From the NCBI RefSeq assembly GCF_001186125.1, contig NW_014040229.1, positions 1 through 44,140 on the forward strand: a stretch of DNA of 44,140 nucleotides, in the 5' to 3' direction. This document shows, in pieces, positions 1 to 9,400 of the stretch (the stretch's first letter is position 1; each line of letters opens with the position of its first letter). The DNA is from Sphaeroforma arctica JP610 (lineage: Eukaryota). The position numbers and the translations under genes were made by a program. The notes beneath the pieces are model-generated. The model did no database searches, was not told the origin of the DNA, and saw nothing but the letters and a program-made list of their open reading frames with translations.

Positions 1-146
1 CCACAGGTGTTTGCCGACTCATTTGTATACATATAGTTTTTTGGCGCAGGCAGCGCCATACGCTACAACACTAATTTTGTAACTTGTGGGCTTACATATA
101 TTAATCTGTAGTGTACATCTTAGATTATATGAATGAGAAGTACACA

Positions 147-267
147 CATTATATATATATATTTATATATATATATACGTGTACATATATATATATATCT
201 ATATATATATATGTAAATATATTTATATATATATACATATTTATACATATATGAATGTATATATATG

Positions 268-299
<32 letters not shown>

Positions 300-442
300 A
301 GTATATGAATAAGTATATATGTTACATATATATATGTATATATATATATACATACATATATATATCGAATTATATATATATATATATATGAATTCTATAT
401 ATATATATATATATAGATATAGATATATATATATATGTATAT

Positions 443-478
<36 letters not shown>

Positions 479-545
479 GTATGTATATAAGTATACACAT
501 ACACACACACACACACATATATAAATATATATTTATATATAATAT
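147..545. repeat. Compound (TA)n/(CA)n microsatellite
   Basis: Directly visible; it explains the spurious YI/TH/VC ORFs at 120-695. Confidence 0.95.
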
Positions 546-912
546 GTATATTGTTGTTGTGAGCTGAGACAGAGTTCGAGTGAGGTCAGCAATTATGGAA
601 TAAGTATTGTTTAATATGTCATTATTGGCTTGTGGTATGTTATGTATATGCTTATGACAATTCAAAAATTCGGTGCCTGACTTGCTGAGATTCACTCAGT
701 TCAATGTTCTACTGACAGGATTTTTTTATCACTCAAGATAGTTGCTAATAGTAGGGATTGGGCGTAGGCATGATCTCGTCACGATAACGTGTACTGTACT
801 TGTGAGTCTGTTGCACGTGTTGGACAGTTAAGGGTCACAACTCCATGGTTGTGGACTTGCTATGATATTTTCCCTACTTTGTGTAATATTCGTTTGCACT
901 ACATTTCGACAG

Positions 913-971
913 GCCCGGAAAGTACGGAGAAGAGCCCTGAAGAGAGTAAATGCAAGTGCGTTCTGATGTGA
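913..971 (+). CDS. Probable terminal exon of a prenylated (CaaX) protein whose gene starts left of the window
   Basis: Acceptor 'catttcgacag' ends at 912, then (G)PESTEKSPEESKCKCVLM-TGA. CVLM is a canonical CaaX box with an extra Cys two residues upstream. A phase-1 donor (ACA G|gtgttt at 6/7) fits, giving a microsatellite-filled intron at 7-912. Confidence 0.5.
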
Positions 972-2454
972 GCGAGACTGACTGTAATTAATGACAAGTA
1001 TGGCCTAAAACAACACACGGTGGCACAATTGACCGGGAGCAGATTGGTTTCAGCCGGTACATAATTTGCAATAGGATGCCTTGGACAAGCTTTCACCAGT
1101 ACTCAACCTGATAGCGGATGGGACCTATGCTACAAATGCACACGAAGGCAGAGTACTAAGTATATATTCGGACAGTCACCGGCCGGTATATGTTTAATCG
1201 AGGTACATGTACCAACGGTGTGTATGAATGCGGGCTGAGAGCAGTGTATCAAATGGCCTGCGCGTTTGCTTGTATGCTGCTTACCGTGCGATAGTATGAA
1301 CGTGTACCGCTGAGTGCACGCGTGCTTGCCAACTGCGTGCACTGGCGCGCTGAGACAATATCATGAAAGAAATATCCGAGTTTATTTGTACTTTGGGAAC
1401 TTCGTGAGATTCCCAACATGGATACATAGCGGGTAAGACTGTCTGTTTTGACTTGGGGTTGTGAAACAGAAATGTGCGGCAACGTTTCTTACGAGTGACG
1501 TTTAGATCGATTCATGAACAGAGCAACCACTCGACTCAGCTTAGAGGCAAACAAAAGCACACAGCCGACAGAGCTAAAACAACACTTCGAGTTTACACAG
1601 TCAGCAATCCTGGGACACGGCTTATCGATTTTAGACCTTTTCAAGATTTTGAGAGCGGTTCACAGAGTTGCGCACAGTAATTATAAATTCTTTATCATAT
1701 ACCCCCATGTGGAAAGTGTGCCGAATGAAGGATTAAAGATATACGCCTTGTTGGTGCGTACTTTTTTGTGTGTACAGTATTGAGAAATATATTATATTGT
1801 CGATGATAACACGCCATTGAACAATTAATGGGAGGGTTCACACTACCAAAAATACTAAATAAATGACATATGAACATAACTTCCCACAGGGCAGTAAGCT
1901 AAGCTCTCGGTAGTATTCGATGTCGATATTTAATTGATTTGCCAATTAAAAAAGGTATTCATATGGGTTTCCATACAAAGTCGTGCATTGTGCAACGATT
2001 ATGATAGGAATCATATTTACATATGATATTTCGTTTACGCACTCTTGAGTTTAGTAATTAGTCTACTTTAACTCAGTAACTCTAATCTGCATTGCACGAA
2101 TACTCTCTCTAGAGCTGTAGGCCTGTAGAGCAGTCTAGTATTTTTTTACCGCGAGGATGAATGGTAGCCGTAGGCCGTAGGTGTTTTGTCAGAGACTTAG
2201 GTTCTCATTCAGGGAATCAGGGTTGTGTGCTGTAAATATAGTTGCTACGTCGACGCAATAATTTTTTAAACTTTTGAGGGTGAATGGGATTGGTAGGTGT
2301 GTTGTTAGGGACTCAAAAGAGTCGGTGACTCAGGCTTGTCCTGTGTCCACGTCGATGCAATACGTAGTACATACTTTTAACTTCCGAGAGGAGCGAGTAT
2401 TTAGGACTGAGAGTAGGTGTATTGTCAGGGAGTGACAGACTGTTAGGGGGGGCT

Positions 2455-2560
2455 CAGAGTCTCAGACTCACAAAGTCTCACAAAGTCTCAATCAGGCTGT
2501 CACAGACGTCGGGGACTCACAGTCTCACAGTCTCACAGTCTCACAGTCTCACAGTCTCAA
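2455..2560 (+). repeat. Short tandem repeats (AGTCTCAC)n and CTCACAAAGT duplication
   Basis: About 5 copies of agtctcac at ~2515-2559, plus ctcacaaagt-ctcacaaagt near 2467. Confidence 0.85.
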
Positions 2561-2580
2561 AGAGTCACGAATTCAGGATG

Positions 2581-3037
2581 GAGTGTCTTTTTAAAAAAAC
2601 AAAACAAAAAGGGATCAATGAGAAATTTCTGATTCTGATTCCGTTCAGAAAGTTTAAAGGACATAAAGTACAGTTTTGGTGCATAGTGACTCGTAGAGTC
2701 TTAGTGTGCATCTATTGAAAATTTGGGTCTGCAAACAATTTTGGGTGCAATTCGTTTACGTATATTTCAGAGAATTTTGAGAGAAGTGACTCAATTTCTC
2801 TTAGAAGGTTTCAAGTTTTTCACCAATCAGAAACGATTGAAACTACGTTTATGACCTGGAAATCGCAGTACATATTCTGATTCCAAATTTCGAGATCAAT
2901 TTTTATTCTCGAAATTTTGTCCTCTCGTTTAGAAAAAAAAGTTTATAAAATTATTACCTCTCCATTGGTTCAAAAATATATTTCTGATTCTGAACGTTCA
3001 AAATCAGAATTTTTTAATCCTGTTTAAAACGACACCC
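2581..3037. mobile_element. MITE-like non-autonomous DNA element with degenerate ~55-70 bp terminal inverted repeats
   Basis: Left end GAGTGTCTTTTTAAA...GGATCAATGAGAAATTTCTGATTCTGATTCCGTTCAGAA matches the reverse complement of the right end, GGGTGTCGTTTTAAACAGGATTAAAAAATTCTGATTTTGAACGTTCAGAA. The interior is AT-rich and non-coding. No clear TSD. Confidence 0.55.
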
Positions 3038-3086
3038 GGGCTCAGGGCTCAGGGCTCAGGGCTCAGGGCTCAGGGCTCAGGCTCAG
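3038..3086 (+). repeat. (GGGCTCA)n heptamer tandem repeat
   Basis: About 7 copies, directly visible. Confidence 0.9.
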
Positions 3087-4407
3087 TCGGCAGGCCCTCA
3101 GCCCCCTCAAAGCTCAAAGCCATAGTTTAAAATATATTTAAATAAAATAATAATTAGGCAAGCTCAAGGCCTTAAGCCTCGAGCTAACTTCAACACGTAC
3201 TACGTTGCAACGTTTTCAAATAAGAAAGTAAAAGTAAAAAGTTAAATTTGTAACTTTTTCCTATATATTCGTAGTCCTAAAGCTACCCATAAGAGCATTG
3301 TCCAGGTCAGAGTTTTGTCCTAACCACATTACCTAACTAGTGACCGCCCAACCATCGGTTCTGGAGACTTGAGCGTTGGTTGAGCGCTGTCAAATACATT
3401 AGCCCGCTACAGTGTCCCTTGATATTGACGATGTTCACATTCTAGAAGTTAAGGTATATATAAATGATAGAGATATTTAGGATTTACAGTCCACAGGCAA
3501 CAGGCTACACAGTCTACCAGCACGATTAGCTTGACTTTTGTGTTATTAGTGACTTAGTGCCTAGTGACTAGTGTGACAAGTTCGCAAGTTCACAAGTGCC
3601 ATATTGTCAGATAAAGAAAATGCAAAGATAATCACTTTTTAGTTGTTTTTCATTGGTCGGTTTTGTATTTTGTGGCCAAAAGTGTGAGAATAGGTGCACT
3701 ATCGTGGGCAGCAAATCGAAACAGTAAAACGTTGCAACGTTTTCAGACGAAAAAGTAAAAGTAAAACGTTCAACTTAACCTCAAAGCACGGCCCGGGTCT
3801 CAAGCAAGAGGCTATGGCAAATTTAGAAGTAATAAAGAATAATTGCTAATTTGGGTCATGAGTAGACTCAGTAGAGGCACAAAAATATACCACAAGACTC
3901 CACAAAGTCCACATTGGCCACAACGGACTAAAAACCAAAAACCGCCATCAAGTCCAAGATGGCCCGGTTTTGGTTTAACTTTACGATATTTTGATAGGTC
4001 CTAAAGTCTCCTTCCCTAACTACCCTCAAGCCTCAGTGTCTTGATGATTTCGGTGACCTGATTTATAAAAAAAAAAGAAAGTCTACTGTGGAAAATGTAT
4101 ACTTTATTTTATCTTTAAAAAAAAACAACTACGCTCTCGCTGTCACAACTCAGTACTCACAGTCTCACAACTCACAAATACTTTTTTATTTTTGAAATTG
4201 TGAAATAAGTTTTTGGACGAGTAAAACTGTTGAATTCAGAAGGCAATGGTGAAACACCTTATTTCAGTGACTACTCGCGTGTTGAATTCCATATTTCCAT
4301 AGCCCTTTAAAAAATATATATATATATATATACGTGAATTCTGTGACGTTTTTGTTGTTTTGGGGAATTCAGATTTGTTTTCAAAACGTTCCATTTCGAA
4401 ATATGTA

Positions 4408-5075
4408 CAGTCAAACCTCGATTATTGTATAGGGTCCGATTTCGGCCAAAAATTGAACAAAAATAGAGGTAGACAATAATGGTTATATGGGTCTGGGACC
4501 TATTTTTCCGGTTCATGTTGATATGTACTGCGCCTGCAACATTACAGTTGCTTGGATTGTTTTGATACTCTCTGCGCGATCGTATTCACAAGACTTCATG
4601 AGGTCAAAACGATCCTTCTGTTGTTCACTCGTGGTTTTGAACTCTTCACTGTCTTCATCACACTCATCGTGTATTTCCTTCTCAATTTCTAGCTCCTGCA
4701 CACCCCCCATATGATAGTATCTCTTCGATATTCGATAGTTGCATTTCGGTTGATTCATCAACTCAATCATTCACTTCGGTTCTCAGTGCGGATGTTATGG
4801 GCTCGTCGGGATTAAGTATCATACAATATGACTTTAACGTTGCTGTGAGATCAATGATTTCGCTTTCTTCCCTAGATGTGATTCGCTTCACATAATCGGG
4901 CGTATTATTTATCAGGTTGCCCTCTGGAAGACAAGTTGATTTCAGCCAGCAATGGGCAATGCTTTTGACAGTTGTAGTTTCCCATATATCGTGTATGATG
5001 CGGGCAGCATCTAAGAGGCTTAAAATAGTGGGTCCGTCTGAAAAAAACTGGACAAAAATAGAGGTAAACAAATAG
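4408..5075 (-). mobile_element. pogo/Tigger-type (Tc1/mariner superfamily) DNA transposon remnant: one terminus plus the C-terminal transposase fragment
   Basis: TA|CAGTCAAACCTCGATTAT at 4406-4425 looks like a pogo-type TIR with a TA target. The minus-strand frame reads LSLLDAARIIHDIWETTTVKSIAHCWLKSTCL, matching the 'lldA..i..aW..v....I.ncW.k' end of DDE_1 transposases, followed by an acidic tail (ORFs 4763-5107 and 4513-4770, frameshifted). No catalytic core or second TIR is visible. Confidence 0.7.
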
Positions 5076-6046
5076 GCTGACGGTACAACAGTCTCAGTTC
5101 TCATCACACCTCATTTTCATTCTGGACGCAGAAAAGTTCCGTGCGTATGCCGTATTGCTGTACGTTTAAAAATAAATAAATAAAATTCGGTTTTTAATAT
5201 TAAAAATGATAAAATATTAATATTATCGCTCTGCCGCGGGGCGGCGACTCGGCGAGGGCTATCAACAGAATTAAAAATAGGCCAATAGATTACCGATATT
5301 ATTTTGAACTAATGAAAGGAAATCAATGATAAACAGAAATATAACTCAGCTAGTCTGATTACTCTTTGGTACTGGGCAACTGGCAGTCTGGGCATGGGGG
5401 GCCCCAGGGCCTTGCCCGCCTAAAATTTCAACCAGTTTTCGCGCGTTTAGCAACTTCTGGAAGGGTTTATTAAAAAAAGGGCTAAGCTAGATCAAACCGT
5501 TTCCCTTTATAAAACTTCTATAAACGGTAGTATTTACAGTGATTAGAATGGCTTACCTAAGTTCTTCGTATAGGACTGCCTCGTATAATATAAGAAGTAG
5601 ACACTTGATTTTCTAGCCCCGAGACGTGCACCTAAAAACATACAGAGGACCGTATATGTAATAAAAGTTAAACGTAAACGTATATTTTATTCATTTTGTG
5701 AAAATTTTAACGGGGAACACGACCTCAGTCACCTCACGGCTCACGCTCCTCAACCAGCCCAACGAGCACGACTCACGCGAGTGACAACTGACAACTTGAC
5801 AAGAGTCGAAACTCTGGTCTCTGTGACAGACTGACAGTGTGAGCCTGTGAAATATGTATTTACACTTTTATACTTAATTAAAAAAAGAAGAAGAGACTCC
5901 TCACTCCTCTCAGTTCTCAACTTCGGGACTTTCTCATCAATGACGCACTCCAGTCTCACAGACTCTCACACTCACAGCCACAGACTGACAGGCGGCCACA
6001 GCCCACAAAAAAAACCCACACCACAGTTCAGACTTCAGAATTCGAC

Positions 6047-6090
6047 TCTCTCTCTCTCTCCCAGACTCTCTCTCTGAGAGAGAGAGAGAG
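6047..6090. repeat. (CT)n then (GA)n self-complementary microsatellite upstream of the PA14-VWD gene
   Basis: tctctctctctctc...ctctctctctgagagagagagagag, about 330 bp before the ATG at 6414. Confidence 0.8.
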
Positions 6091-6413
6091 TAGTAGAGTT
6101 TTAGTCACCAGCAGCCAGCAGGCCATTACTATAGACATCGCTCTTCAGTGTTCAGAAAAGTCTACTACATAAATACATATTAACAGTTCCATTCAGTGAA
6201 TGAAAACAGTGCACACTGCAGCAGCAGCACAGTCAACACCTCAATCGCAGAGACGCAGACCTTTTGGGCTTTTTTAATTTTTTAATTTTATTTCAAATTT
6301 TTAGTTGTTTTACAAAAAATAATATAAAAATTGTGAGTCGTGCTTACTGTGTAAATAAATAAATACATATTGTACCAATTTGTTAGCAAACCAGCCATTT
6401 TCTGCATTTCAAT

Positions 6414-9400
6414 ATGTGTGGGGCAATACAGTCTACGTGGGTGTACACTTTGATCCTCGTAGCTTGCGTGAATGCCGCTGGCGCGTCGATCACTTGCCCT
6501 TCTGGATCTCACAATGTGACCGCTTTAGATCACTTTCAGACTCGAGGAGTGTATGCCCAGTATTACCCAAACTATGTTGACACAATTGCCAACGGTGAGC
6601 ACATCATACCAAAACTAAGTGCTATTCACTATGATCGTGTGGAACCCATACTAAATATTGAAGGTCTCACCAAAAATAACGCAGCTCTGAAGGTGAGTAT
6701 TGTATTTTGGTTTTTCTCCTTCACCCGATTTGCTTCGTAGTTTTGCTATCTATTTTTATCCGTGATATATCTTGAGAACTCAAGCTTTATTCCAACTACG
6801 TACAGCGGCGACTAACATCTATATTCCCATTCCGTCCTAGAGTTTTCTATATCGTACATGATAATCGCCAAATCTGCACGTGGTATATGAAATGGTTTAC
6901 TATTCACATGCGATAGCTGAATCTTCACAGTATGGATGTTGCGTTCAATCGGCGTTTTGGCCGTTGTGAAACTGAACGAATCAGGTGGGGTTTTTATGAG
7001 AGTAGTATATCAGCACTTGCTCATATTATTATGTGGCGTAATATCCATAACGCAGGGTGGCCTTCCGAATCCTGAATTATTTCACTACTCTGCACCAATC
7101 ATGGAAGATAGAATATATGCAAGATTCTTGTTTCGGTTTATCGCACCTTGCGACGGTGAGTATAAATTTCGAACATCAGCTGACGACGGAGCCATCTTGA
7201 CAATCAATGGAGTCAGAGAATCATACGACTGGAGTGGTCATCCCGAACAGCAATTTTATACAGGTACTGTTTGAGTCGAATTGGAACACTATCGTGTTTG
7301 TGTATGTCCATCTGTTTGGATAGCAGACGAGGTTTCTGGTACGCATTTTTTCGTCGTCCAAAACGAGTTGCATTTGAGACTGCGCTCTGCTCATCACGAG
7401 TTTACCGCACAGGATCTCATGTCAGGTGTACCCGTCCATATAAGCAGATTCACTCCGTTTCGAATGAGATCATTGAGTTTATTGCGTTAGTTTAATGGTA
7501 TTGTCAATTCGCCTTCATATCTGAAGTGAATAAATAAATATAAAACTATATGCCATGGAAAGGGTCAAAGCGATTTTTCTGTTGTGATATCGAAGCAGCA
7601 AACTATGCTGCATCAGCCACAGAAAATTATGCTTTTACTGATAGCAAGCTTCTGTGTACTTCAGACAACGTAGAGCGCTCTGTTCATAGTTATAGGTTCG
7701 CTTGTTAGCCCATTTTTAGTGTTTTAAATCAAGATCATGTAAGATTTTTTGTGGAAAATTTACACTCAGTCGAAATAATTAGATAATCAATGACAAGTTT
7801 AGCTATTGCACATAGGTAGACCGTGCCCCTTTTGTGATAATCAATCATTATATGTACGTCTTCCTTTTTTAAAATATGTTATATTAATTGTCATGTAATA
7901 ATGTATTTTATTTTATTACCCCGTTCGTTCCGAATTTGCGTACGGCAGAAATCACAGCGGCGATTAATTTAGAGCGAGAGGCTATGGTAATATACACGGT
8001 TGTCGTTTGACGTGCAAGCGCTCAATCCATCTTATATTTTTGTCGCACCAATCTTTTGCAATCGCAGATAAATTCACGTTCACCGCCGGGTCTGTGCGTT
8101 CAGTCATGTTTGAGTATTTTGAAGGAACGGGCCATATGGTTGTTCGGCTGCAGTGGAAACCCCCCGGTGCCTCGGATTACTCGGTGGTGCCCAGTGAGTA
8201 TTTAGTCCCTGCCATGGGTCCTGAGGTAAGATCCATATATGTATACACATCAGTACACGGGTACACAATATCTAGACTGTATGTGGTGCCTTGCAAGTTT
8301 TGAGTTTACTATGAGGTCTGAAATTCATCCTATACGTATACGCCCATAGTCACGCATGCATTTGCAATTCGGTACATAGTGTGTTCAGCAGTTAGCCGAT
8401 AGCTGATATGTGTCCCAAATTCAGTACACTTATAGATTGATTAGTGTTCCTTTGCAGTGCACATAAAAGTACTCGGTTTTATTGACAAATGCGAGATACA
8501 TTGTTCAGTGTATATTTGTGTATAATTCATGTGGCTAGAAAGGATTTAGAACACGATGGAACATGATCCTCTCGTAACGTTACACATGCCTCAATTCCGG
8601 ATTCTTAAAGGAATACATTTATGCTTCTATTTGCGGAGACACGTTTTACTATTGCACTTCTCGTTGTGCTGCGACATCTAGCTCATGTGCGGGTTCTGAT
8701 ACTATGTTTTATTAATGCAGACGTATGGAATATCTACCACTGTTACATTCTGCGAGTGAAGTTGGTCGATGTTTTGCGGACGTACGAAGGATTCGATGAA
8801 TACGTTTGTAGCCTGTATGCTTTACTAGCTGGTAACTGATGGTCAATTTGATTCATGAATAGTTACATAGATACCTGTAGTATCACAGATGGCATCCAAT
8901 GTTGCAACAAGATTACCCTAAGATATAATTGCCTGTAAAATAACTACATGTAACTTGTATTTTATTGAAAGCAATGTCGACTAAGTTCTTTGATCGGATT
9001 TTTACAAACTGCACAGGTACTCGTCACCACGCACAACACGATCACCATCGACGGCAAAGCTGAAGTTCAGTACTTCGAGGCTCGCTTGTCGGAGAAACCG
9101 CTGCAGACTGTTTATGTGGATATAGGCAACGAGGCCGGTGCCGACATATTTGGTGTTGACAAATGCGTTCTTATCTTCACCCCCGAGAATTGGGAAACTC
9201 CTCAGGTATGCAACTGATCAAGTATATTATATGTATAAGCGCTCATCTAGAAGATTGTATTTTCTTCTGTTTTTGAGTCTAGCATCTGGATATCTCTTTT
9301 GACTGTATTTTTTAACCCGAGCATCGTATAAATTACGTAATACGGTGCGCCGAATGCAAGACAGCCGAGCACTATATGGTACTCAAAAATGCCCTTATCT

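Noticed and set aside
120..695. Long ORFs of YI/VC/TH repeats (also at 21749-22754 and 27598-28418)
   Set aside because: They are translations of microsatellites or N-runs. Only 22528-22648 is a real exon.
1313..1343. 9-bp stem hairpin AGTGCACGC...GCGTGCACT in a putative 3' UTR
   Set aside because: It is isolated, has no SECIS or other known RNA motif features, and could arise by chance in 44 kb.
3038..3086. Interstitial telomeric repeat (CTCAGGG resembles TTAGGG variants)
   Set aside because: It is short, internal and part of a wider field of CTCA-containing duplications. Nothing suggests a chromosome end.
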